This document shows positions 33,792 to 42,082 of a stretch of 59,274 nucleotides of DNA, one piece after another (position 1 is the first letter of the stretch; each line of letters starts with the position of its first letter). The notes beneath the pieces are model-generated. The model did no database searches, was not told where the DNA came from, and saw nothing but the letters and a program-made list of their open reading frames with translations. The DNA lies in contig CAZCWQ010000004.1 of assembly GCA_964502365.1 (NCBI GenBank), forward strand, positions 1 to 59,274, read 5' to 3'. The position numbers and the translations under genes were made by a program. The DNA comes from an uncultured Desulfobacterales bacterium. Its GTDB lineage: Bacteria; Desulfobacterota; Desulfobacteria; Desulfobacterales; C00003060.

Positions 33792-33856
33792 TCCCCGCCC
33801 CCTTTGCTCTTGTCTAAGGTGTGTCGTCTTAGTGGCGGGAGGGCACAGTTTTTTTT
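33792..33856 (+). terminator. Terminator/attenuator-like hairpin plus T8 tract between yajC and secD
   Basis: TCCCCGCC...GGCGGGAG forms the outer stem and CTAAG...CTTAG an inner stem. The tract TTTTTTTT at 33849-33856 follows. Confidence 0.4.
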
Positions 33857-33897
33857 GGTTGGGGGAGCTTTCTTGTGGTGTGTTAAGGAGGTATTGA

Positions 33898-35502
33898 TTG
33901 AAGCAATTTAAGTGGAAGTTGTTTCTAATTGCCGGGCTCGTGCTGGTAGCATGGATCTATGTGATCCCCTCGTTGTATTCTACGACGCCTGGGTGGTGGA
34001 CGGCCATGCGCATCCTGCCCAGGGAAAAGGTCCGTCTTGGTTTGGACCTCCAGGGAGGCGTGCATCTTGTTCTGGAGGTCCAAACCAGAAAAGCCGTTGA
34101 AAACAGGATAGAACGTACAGCCGAAGACTTGCGGGCCGCTATAAGAAGGGCGAGGATACGACATGTCGAAGTTGCCCGTGTCGAGGGGATGGAAATATCA
34201 GTCAGTATTGTGAACCAAGACAGTGTAGAGCCTTTTGACAAAATGCTCGATAAGGGCTTCGGAATGCTCCGCGTGGTGTCCAGAACCTCGGGGGGCGAAG
34301 GTCTCCTGGTACGGCTCGATCTGCCTGACCGGGAGGTCAAATACATAGAAGAAATGGCTGCAAAACAGGCCATGGAAACCATCCGGAATCGTATTGACCA
34401 GTTTGGCGTGAGTGAACCAGACATACGCCGCCAGGGAGAAAATCGCATCCTGGTACAACTGCCCGGGATCAAAGACCCACAGAGGGCCATCAACCTCATT
34501 GGAAAAACGGCTCTGCTTGAATTCAAGTTAGTGGACGAAGACCATGACGTTGAAGAGGCCTTGAAAGGACAAGTGCCACCAGGTGATGAGATCCTTTACC
34601 AAGTGGTTCAAGACAAGGCCACAGGCCGAACGAGAAAAACACCTTTGTTACTGCAAAAACGAACGTATTTGACCGGCGAGTACCTTACCGATGCGAGGGT
34701 CCAAATCGATCGCCAGTTTAATGAATCCTATGTGACTATAGACTTTGACAAGAAAGGGGCGCGGCTTTTCGAACGGATCACTGAGGCAAATGTGAAAAAG
34801 CGGTTGGCTATTGTCCTAGATGATCATGTTTACTCAGCCCCTGTAATTCAGGAAAAAATTGGTGGAGGACATGCCCGCATTACCGGTACTTTCACGACCG
34901 AAGAGGCCCATGATCTGGCCATCGTTCTGAGGGCCGGGGCACTGCCAGCCCCGGTGCAGATCCTTGAAGAACGGACTGTGGGACCTTCCTTGGGCCACGA
35001 CTCGATTCATAGAGGTCTTGTCTCCATGGTGATTGGTGGAATCATTGTGGTGCTCTTTATCAGTATCTACTATAAAGTGTCCGGTATCATCGCAAATATC
35101 GCCCTTGTGCTGAATATTATGTTCATTGCAGCCGGGCTGGCCGCATTTCAGGCGACCCTCACTCTGCCGGGCATGGCCGGGATCATTCTTACTATTGGTA
35201 TGGCCGTTGACGCCAACGTGATTATCTTTGAACGTATCCGTGAAGAGGTGCGCCTGGGCAAGACCCCCAGAGCCGCAGTGGATGCGGGCTTTTCCAGGGC
35301 TACGATGACCATTTTGGATGCCAATATTACGACGTTGATTGCAGCAGTGGTGCTCTTTCAGTTTGGAACCGGACCGGTGAAAGGCTTTGCAGTCACACTC
35401 AGTCTTGGTATTTTAGCCAGCCTTTTTACTGCTATTGTTGTGGCCAGAGTGATGCTTGATTATCTTGTGTTCTACCGACGTATAACACGTTTGAGTATTT
35501 GA
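33898..35502 (+). CDS. secD: Protein translocase subunit SecD
   Basis: 534-aa ORF (TTG start) with a large periplasmic domain and a C-terminal 6-TM bundle with SecD motifs. Confidence 0.95.
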   Translation: MKQFKWKLFLIAGLVLVAWIYVIPSLYSTTPGWWTAMRILPREKVRLGLDLQGGVHLVLEVQTRKAVENRIERTAEDLRAAIRRARIRHVEVARVEGMEISVSIVNQDSVEPFDKMLDKGFGMLRVVSRTSGGEGLLVRLDLPDREVKYIEEMAAKQAMETIRNRIDQFGVSEPDIRRQGENRILVQLPGIKDPQRAINLIGKTALLEFKLVDEDHDVEEALKGQVPPGDEILYQVVQDKATGRTRKTPLLLQKRTYLTGEYLTDARVQIDRQFNESYVTIDFDKKGARLFERITEANVKKRLAIVLDDHVYSAPVIQEKIGGGHARITGTFTTEEAHDLAIVLRAGALPAPVQILEERTVGPSLGHDSIHRGLVSMVIGGIIVVLFISIYYKVSGIIANIALVLNIMFIAAGLAAFQATLTLPGMAGIILTIGMAVDANVIIFERIREEVRLGKTPRAAVDAGFSRATMTILDANITTLIAAVVLFQFGTGPVKGFAVTLSLGILASLFTAIVVARVMLDYLVFYRRITRLSI

Positions 35503-35807
35503 GCCCTTGGTGAGGACACGTCCATAGAAGACGGTCTATGAAACATAGTCCGTTGTTTTCGTCTTAACGAATGCTTAAATATCGAAATCAATCCCATTAA
35601 CTTGAGAATACTTTGAATATCGAATAATGAACAAGGAATTTCGAACTAAGAACTTTCACTTTGATTTGCAACAGTTCGATATTCATTATTCCTTGTTCGA
35701 CATTCTGCGGTTCAAGACAATGTTTAAGTAAATGGCACTGGATCCGAATTTCGAATTTTCCGGCTTGTCCGGATGAACAACAAAAGAAAGGGATTCAAGG
35801 TCTGCGT

Positions 35808-36878
35808 ATGGAATTCATAAAACCGGACATTAACATCGACTTTATCGGAAAAAAGAAATTTGCCTTTTCGGGATCCTTGCTGTTGATTGCTGCAAGCATA
35901 TTCTCACTTGTACTGAAAGGCGGACCGAGCTATGGAATCGACTTTGCTGGGGGCACTCTTATTCAAGTCCAGTTTTCGCAGACCATATCCCCACTAGCCA
36001 TCAAGCGAGCCCTCACATCGATGGATCTGGGCATCACGTCCGTCCAGGAATTCGGAGAGAAAAAAAACAATGAGTTCTTGATTAGGGCTGCCGGATCTTC
36101 TGTGGCCTTAAAAAGTATAGGCCCTAACATCGAGGAGAAGCTCCGGGCAGCACACCCCGACAATGGTGTGGAAGTGCGTCGTGTGGAAATGGTAGGCCCC
36201 AAGGTGGGCAAAGACCTTCGCGAAAAGGCCCTGTTGGCTATGTTTTCCGCTATCCTCTTCATCGTTGTCTACATTTCGGGCCGTTTCGAACTCAAGTGGA
36301 TGTTGAGTATCATCTTGGCATTCTGCTTGTTTGTGGTTCTTTTCATCATGAAGGGATTCGGTGTCAGTATCCCTGTTCTTATTGTGGCGGCTGTGCTGGT
36401 CACTATGGCGCTGAGTTTCTACCTGAAGCTCACATTTGCCACAGGTGCAATCGTTGCATTGATCCACGATGTCATGATTACCGTCGGAGTCTTCTCGTTA
36501 ATGGATAAGGAATTCACACTCCCAATCATTGCGGCTTTGCTCACCATTATAGGGTATTCGCTAAATGACACCATTATCGTTTTTGACAGAATAAGGGAAA
36601 ACACCCGCAGATATCACCGAGAGCCTTATGATGTGATCATAAACCGCAGTATCAATGAAACCTTAAGCCGCACTCTGCTGACGTCTGCGACCACCTTGAT
36701 AGTCGTAGTGGCCCTCTTTGTGTTGGGAGGCGGCATCATACACGATTTTGCCTTTGCCCTGATCGTCGGCATCGTGGTTGGAACCTATTCATCGATATAC
36801 GTGGCAAGTCCCATTTTACTTGTCTGGCAGCAAGCCGCAATATCACCTAAGGGCCGCATCAAGGCAAGGCGGCGATAA
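35808..36878 (+). CDS. secF: Protein translocase subunit SecF (start moved to the ATG at 35808)
   Basis: MEFIKPDINIDFIGKKKFAF is a typical SecF N-terminus. The 49 upstream codons of the track ORF are AT-rich and Cys-rich with no homology. Confidence 0.93.
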   Translation: MEFIKPDINIDFIGKKKFAFSGSLLLIAASIFSLVLKGGPSYGIDFAGGTLIQVQFSQTISPLAIKRALTSMDLGITSVQEFGEKKNNEFLIRAAGSSVALKSIGPNIEEKLRAAHPDNGVEVRRVEMVGPKVGKDLREKALLAMFSAILFIVVYISGRFELKWMLSIILAFCLFVVLFIMKGFGVSIPVLIVAAVLVTMALSFYLKLTFATGAIVALIHDVMITVGVFSLMDKEFTLPIIAALLTIIGYSLNDTIIVFDRIRENTRRYHREPYDVIINRSINETLSRTLLTSATTLIVVVALFVLGGGIIHDFAFALIVGIVVGTYSSIYVASPILLVWQQAAISPKGRIKARRR

Positions 36879-36890
36879 ACGGAGGATGCT

Positions 36891-37709
36891 ATGAACGATC
36901 TCCATGCCCATCGTGCTCGGACTCATGTAACTTTGGCCCTTCTTATTGTTGCACTGCCAGCATGCGCATCATTTAAGGATATGTTTCATTCAAAGGAAGA
37001 GGCCCAAATGGCTGGACTCCAACGAGAGATGCGTCAGATTACCAAGTCGAATGTGACCACACAAAAGACCATAGAAGACATCTATGACAGGCTTGACACC
37101 CTGGAGGCAACCGTTGCCAGCCTTGAGAACACCGTTGAAGATCTGGCAACCCCACCAGAGCCTGTTGTTGCCATTGGGCCTGAAACAAAACCTTCACCGC
37201 CAAAAGTTGTCCCTCAACCGCCTGCTACTCCGACGAAAACACAGCCAACCTCCACAAAACAGGCAACGGAATTTACGCCCACAAAGCCTGTTCCAATAGC
37301 AAGGAAAAAAGCCTCTGTGTCTGCAAAGCACTCCCCTCGGCGTGAATATGACAAGGCATATGCAGCCTACACAGCACACCGCTACGATGAGGCACTGTCC
37401 CTGTTCAAGAACTTTTTGCAGCGCCATCCTCAACACCACCTTGCAGACAATGCGCAATACTGGGTTGGCGAGATTTATTATGACATTGGAAACTACCCAA
37501 ACGCCATTCTTGCCTTCAAGGAGGTCATGACTCGTTATGGAAAGGAGAACAAGGCCCCTGATGCGTTGCTCAAAATAGGTTATGCGTATATCGCTTTGGA
37601 TGATCCGAGCAATGCACGCATTTTCTTCAAAAGGGTCATCAAGAACTATCCTTTCAGTGAGGCAGAAGCCAAGGCACGGGCCAAATTGAAAGAACTCGAA
37701 AACCTGTAA
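36891..37709 (+). CDS. cpoB: Tol-Pal system protein CpoB/YbgF (coiled coil plus TPR)
   Basis: 272-aa ORF with a signal/lipoprotein-like N-terminus, a coiled coil, a Pro-rich linker and a C-terminal TPR block (YDEAL..F..FL..HP......A.YW.GE.YY). Confidence 0.85.
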   Translation: MNDLHAHRARTHVTLALLIVALPACASFKDMFHSKEEAQMAGLQREMRQITKSNVTTQKTIEDIYDRLDTLEATVASLENTVEDLATPPEPVVAIGPETKPSPPKVVPQPPATPTKTQPTSTKQATEFTPTKPVPIARKKASVSAKHSPRREYDKAYAAYTAHRYDEALSLFKNFLQRHPQHHLADNAQYWVGEIYYDIGNYPNAILAFKEVMTRYGKENKAPDALLKIGYAYIALDDPSNARIFFKRVIKNYPFSEAEAKARAKLKELENL

Positions 37710-38803
37710 TGGACACCCTCAGTTACTGGCTTGCGTTAAAAGCTGTGCCCGGCGTGGGCAATCGCCTGTTTCTACAGCTCCTGAAACAATTTGGAGAGCC
37801 GGAGAAAGTTTTCGGGGCCTCAAGAAAAGAACTCCTGAAGGTCGAGGGGGTCAGCGACAGCCTGGCATCCCTGATTGTCCACTTTACAGTTCCCAATGAG
37901 GTGGTAGAAGATCTTGCCCTTGTCCGCAAGAACGGATATAAGATCGTTACATTTTCAGATTCTGAGTACCCTGCCCTTCTGCGGCATATTCACGATCCTC
38001 CTCCTGTGCTTTATGTACACGGGAATCTGCGTTCGGATAGCCTCAACATAGCTATCGTGGGATCCCGAAATGCTACATCTTACGGTCGCACAGTAACCGA
38101 GCGCCTGAGTAGCGATCTGATAGCTCGTGGATTTACGGTAATCAGCGGCATGGCCCGAGGTATTGACTCTGCTGCGCACACGGGGGCCCTGGCAGGAAAG
38201 GGGGAAACCGTTGCGGTTTTGGGGTGCGGCCTCGGGACCGTCTATCCGGCTGAAAACAAAAGCCTGTTTCAGAAAATTGCCAGCAACGGGGCGGTAATTT
38301 CCGAGTTTCCATTTCTCGCCCGTCCTGAAGCACACCATTTCCCGATACGAAACCGGATTATCAGTGGAATGGCCTTGGGAACAGTCATTGTCGAAGCCAC
38401 CCATAAGAGCGGAAGCCTCATTACGGCCCGACTGGCCACCGAGCAAGGTCGCGAGGTCTTTGCCGTGCCAGGCAGTGTTAGATCATTCAAAAGCATGGGA
38501 ACCCACAGGCTTATAAAGCAAGGGGCAAAGCTCGTAGAGCATGTAAATGATATCATTGAAGAACTCAATATCGGTCCAGTAACGGCCCCTGCGGAACTGA
38601 AAGCCCCCTCAGGCGTAAAGCTTACGCCTGAGGAGAAAATAGTCCTCAAGCAATTGAGCCCCTATCCGACACATATTGACAGCCTGGTGCGACAGGTGTC
38701 ACTGTCTGCGGGCCATGTGTCAAGCCTGCTGCTTCAACTGGAGTTGAAGGGTCTGGTTACCCAGAGCCCTGGAAAGCTTTTTGCAAGACCTGAATCTGTT
38801 TGA
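37709..38803 (+). CDS. dprA: DNA processing protein DprA (Smf)
   Basis: 364-aa ORF with SGMARGIDSAAH and a Rossmann-like DprA core. Confidence 0.92.
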   Translation: MDTLSYWLALKAVPGVGNRLFLQLLKQFGEPEKVFGASRKELLKVEGVSDSLASLIVHFTVPNEVVEDLALVRKNGYKIVTFSDSEYPALLRHIHDPPPVLYVHGNLRSDSLNIAIVGSRNATSYGRTVTERLSSDLIARGFTVISGMARGIDSAAHTGALAGKGETVAVLGCGLGTVYPAENKSLFQKIASNGAVISEFPFLARPEAHHFPIRNRIISGMALGTVIVEATHKSGSLITARLATEQGREVFAVPGSVRSFKSMGTHRLIKQGAKLVEHVNDIIEELNIGPVTAPAELKAPSGVKLTPEEKIVLKQLSPYPTHIDSLVRQVSLSAGHVSSLLLQLELKGLVTQSPGKLFARPESV

Positions 38804-38816
38804 GAAAGGATTAACA

Positions 38817-41117
38817 TTGAGCAAATCTCTTGTCATAGTTGAATCTCCCACAAAGACCAGAACCCTCAAGAAATACCTCGGCCCCGAATATGAGCTGGCA
38901 GCAACCGTGGGGCACATCAAAGATCTTCCTGTAAAGGAACTTGGTATATGTGTTGAAGAAGGATTCAAACCAAAATACGCGACCATTGAGGGAAAGGAAA
39001 AAGTCATACGGGCGTTAAAAAAGGCGGCTTCAAACCTGACTGATATCTATCTTGCGCCTGACCCGGACCGTGAGGGAGAGGCCATAGCCTGGCATACGGC
39101 CGAAGTGCTGAAGAAAAGGGGTCGAAGATTTCATCGCGTCCTTTTTCATGAACTCACGGAAAAGGCTATACAGACCGCCATGGCCTCACCTCAGAAACTT
39201 GACAGTAACAAGTTTGAATCGCAACAGGCCAGACGGATTCTGGATCGCTTGGTAGGATATCAGATCTCGCCTGTCTTGTGGAAAAAAGTCCAACGGGGTC
39301 TGAGCGCAGGTCGAGTCCAGTCGGTGGCGGTCCGCATGATTTGCGAACGTGAAAGGCAGATACAGGCCTTCGACCCCGAAGAATATTGGAGCATCACCGC
39401 AGAGCTTGAAGGCGAAACCCCTCCAACATTTTTTGCCAAACTAACGAAAAAGAACAACAAGAAGCTCCGGATCCCCGATGAAAAGGCGGCACGGGCGATC
39501 TTGAAGCAGCTTGAAGGGGAATCCTTCAGGGTTGAAAAGATCGTCAAGAAGACCCAGCAGAAAAGACCCCTGCCCCCTTTTACTACCAGCAAACTCCAGC
39601 AGGAGTCGATTCGAAAACTCGGTTTCTCAGCAAGAAAAACTATGAGGGTGGCCCAGCAGCTCTATGAGGGCCTTGAAATGGGACCTGGAGAGCCTGTGGG
39701 CCTCATTAGTTACATGCGAACCGACTCCACCCGCATCGCCCAGGAAGCGATAGATGAAGCCCGAGAGTTGATTCAGGAAGAATTTGGCCAGGCATATGTG
39801 CCGACAAAGCCTCACGCCTTTAAGAACAAGAAAAAGGCCCAAGATGCTCACGAGGCTGTACGCCCCACGTCAGTCTTTCGAAAGCCTAAAGAGATCGCCC
39901 AATTCCTCTCCAAAGACCAGCTTGACCTGTACGAGTTGATTTGGAAACGTTTTGTAGCATGTCAAATGCAGCCTGCTCTTCTTGACATGACCTCGGTGAC
40001 CATTTCTGCCGGACCTTACATCTTTCAGGTCTCTGGATCAGTGGTGCGGTTCCCAGGCTTTATGGCGCTGTACATCTCCTCAAATGAAGGCGAGACTCAT
40101 GCAGGGAGCAATGGAGCTCTTCCTCCCCTGTCTGAGCAAATGATCCTTAGACGCCATGGCCTGGAACCGAAGCAACACTTCACGCAGCCACCACCTCGGT
40201 TTTCTGAGGCCTCACTGGTGAAGGCGTTGGAAGATAATGGCATTGGAAGGCCCAGCACCTATGCAACCATCCTTTCCACGATTAGGGGAAAGGGGTACGT
40301 AGACCTGACGAAGGGCTATTTTAGGCCCACTGAACTCGGCTTTATCGTCAACGACCTTCTGATAGAAGGCTTTCCAGATATCCTGAATGTCGATTTTACC
40401 GCACGGCTGGAGGATAGCCTCGACAAGATTGAAGAAGGAGCAACAGACTCCACGGCCGTGTTGGAAGATTTTTACCGCTCTTTTAAGAAGGATCTGGAAC
40501 GGGCGGAAAAACAGATGAGAAGTGTCAAGGGCGATGGCCTGCCGGTTAATCTACACTGCCCTGCGTGTGACAAACCTCTGAGAATCAAGATAGGACGAAA
40601 TGGTCCATTTCTCGCCTGTTCAGGGTATCCAGATTGCACCTTTACTCAGAACTACACACGCAACGAAAAAGGCGAAATCGAGGCTAGTCGCCGAACTGAA
40701 GAGAAGGCAACTGACGAGACATGCGAAAAATGTGGAAGCCCGATGGTACAAAAAGAGGGGCGTTTTGGGCCATTCCTTGCGTGCTCGGCCTATCCGGCAT
40801 GTAAGAATACGCGGTCTCTTAAAACTAGAGGCGTTTCCACAGCCGAGCATACCGGTGTTAAGTGCCCGGAGAAAGGATGTTCGGGTGAGCTTGTCTCACG
40901 CCGATCAAGGCGGGGCAAGCTTTTTTACGGGTGCAGCCGCTATCCTGCATGCACCTTTGCCGCATGGGACAAGCCCGTGCCCAAACCATGCCCCAAGTGC
41001 GGCGCCCCATTTGTTACAGAGCGTATAACCAAAAGGGACGGTCCGCACCTGAAGTGTTTTGACAAGCAGTGCTCTTACAAAGAACCGCTCAAAGATACTG
41101 TAAACGGGCATACGTAG
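38817..41117 (+). CDS. topA: DNA topoisomerase I (start placed at TTG 38817; the track ORF starts at 38781)
   Basis: It has a TOPRIM N-terminus (SLVIVESPTKTRT), the active-site region SYMRTDS and several C-terminal CxxC zinc ribbons. TTG at 38817 follows an AAAGGA site and avoids overlap with dprA. Confidence 0.94.
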   Translation: MSKSLVIVESPTKTRTLKKYLGPEYELAATVGHIKDLPVKELGICVEEGFKPKYATIEGKEKVIRALKKAASNLTDIYLAPDPDREGEAIAWHTAEVLKKRGRRFHRVLFHELTEKAIQTAMASPQKLDSNKFESQQARRILDRLVGYQISPVLWKKVQRGLSAGRVQSVAVRMICERERQIQAFDPEEYWSITAELEGETPPTFFAKLTKKNNKKLRIPDEKAARAILKQLEGESFRVEKIVKKTQQKRPLPPFTTSKLQQESIRKLGFSARKTMRVAQQLYEGLEMGPGEPVGLISYMRTDSTRIAQEAIDEARELIQEEFGQAYVPTKPHAFKNKKKAQDAHEAVRPTSVFRKPKEIAQFLSKDQLDLYELIWKRFVACQMQPALLDMTSVTISAGPYIFQVSGSVVRFPGFMALYISSNEGETHAGSNGALPPLSEQMILRRHGLEPKQHFTQPPPRFSEASLVKALEDNGIGRPSTYATILSTIRGKGYVDLTKGYFRPTELGFIVNDLLIEGFPDILNVDFTARLEDSLDKIEEGATDSTAVLEDFYRSFKKDLERAEKQMRSVKGDGLPVNLHCPACDKPLRIKIGRNGPFLACSGYPDCTFTQNYTRNEKGEIEASRRTEEKATDETCEKCGSPMVQKEGRFGPFLACSAYPACKNTRSLKTRGVSTAEHTGVKCPEKGCSGELVSRRSRRGKLFYGCSRYPACTFAAWDKPVPKPCPKCGAPFVTERITKRDGPHLKCFDKQCSYKEPLKDTVNGHT

Positions 41118-41426
41118 ACATGCGGCTCACAGTGGACAATGCTGCCAATAGCTTTTGAAGTAAACTGAATTGAGCGTTAAGAGCTTAGCCTTTTGAAAAA
41201 ACCTCGATTTTGCTCACTCCTGTGAGCAATTTTGGGATTCACTATGAGTCTGGCTAAATTGCAAAAACTCGGGCTAACGCCCTCAGACAGTTTGCAATTC
41301 TTCACGCCAGCCTCATCGTGAGTCTTTTTCCGAAATTGCTCAATGTCGTTCACAAAACGGCCTTTTTCAAACAATGCGCAATGATTTCCTTTTTGGTTCC
41401 GGCCTGTCCGGGTTAGGAGTAACCAG

Positions 41427-42008
41427 ATGATCAAGACAGGAGTTATCCACGGTCGATTTCAGGTTCTCCACAATGACCATCTCAGATACCTGATGGCGGG
41501 AAAAGCCAGATGTCAGCATCTTGTAGTAGGCATCACCAACCCTGATCCAACACTTACAAGACAAGAGAATGCGGACCCACACCGAAGCAGGTCCTTTGCA
41601 AATCCTTTGACCTATTTTGAACGTTACGCCATGGTACGGGCAGCGCTGGAATCAGAAGGTGTGAACCAAGAAGATTTCTCGGTTGTGCCCTTCCCTATTA
41701 ACTTCCCAGATCTTTACAGGTACTATGTTCCACTTGAAGCCACCTTTTTTCTCACCATTTATGACGATTGGGGCAGGAAAAAGTTGGAACGGTTCCGCTC
41801 ACTTGGACTCGCAGTGGAAGTGTTGTGGGAACGACCTCTTGGCCAGAAAGGTCTCAGTGGTGGCGACATCCGTCTTCGAATGGTCAGGGGTGAACCTTGG
41901 GAAGACTTGGTTCCGCCGAGTACGCGACAACTTATAGAAGCCTGGGATATCCCGGTTCGGCTCAAAGATCTTCACAGATCAATTGGACGGCCAGCAGCTT
42001 CTGGTTAA
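41427..42008 (+). CDS. Cytidylyltransferase-family nucleotidyltransferase (NMN adenylyltransferase-like)
   Basis: 193-aa ORF with an (H/T)xGH-type motif in GVIHGRFQVLHNDH. Confidence 0.65.
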   Translation: MIKTGVIHGRFQVLHNDHLRYLMAGKARCQHLVVGITNPDPTLTRQENADPHRSRSFANPLTYFERYAMVRAALESEGVNQEDFSVVPFPINFPDLYRYYVPLEATFFLTIYDDWGRKKLERFRSLGLAVEVLWERPLGQKGLSGGDIRLRMVRGEPWEDLVPPSTRQLIEAWDIPVRLKDLHRSIGRPAASG

Positions 42009-42082
42009 TGAACAACTCAATTGGGCATCTGACTCCGGTTCTTCACGAACCTCAAAAACAACTAATTGACTAAGAAGATTGA

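Noticed and set aside
35661-35807. 49-codon N-terminal extension of secF, and similarly 47218-47292 for the rhodanese and 58099-58131 for the methyltransferase
   Set aside because: The extensions are AT-rich or overlap terminator hairpins and lack homology. Internal ATGs with Shine-Dalgarno sites give canonical N-termini.
41177-41434. 85-aa minus-strand ORF
   Set aside because: Its composition is not protein-like and it overlaps several perfect hairpins and the start of the nucleotidyltransferase gene. I treated the region as non-coding.
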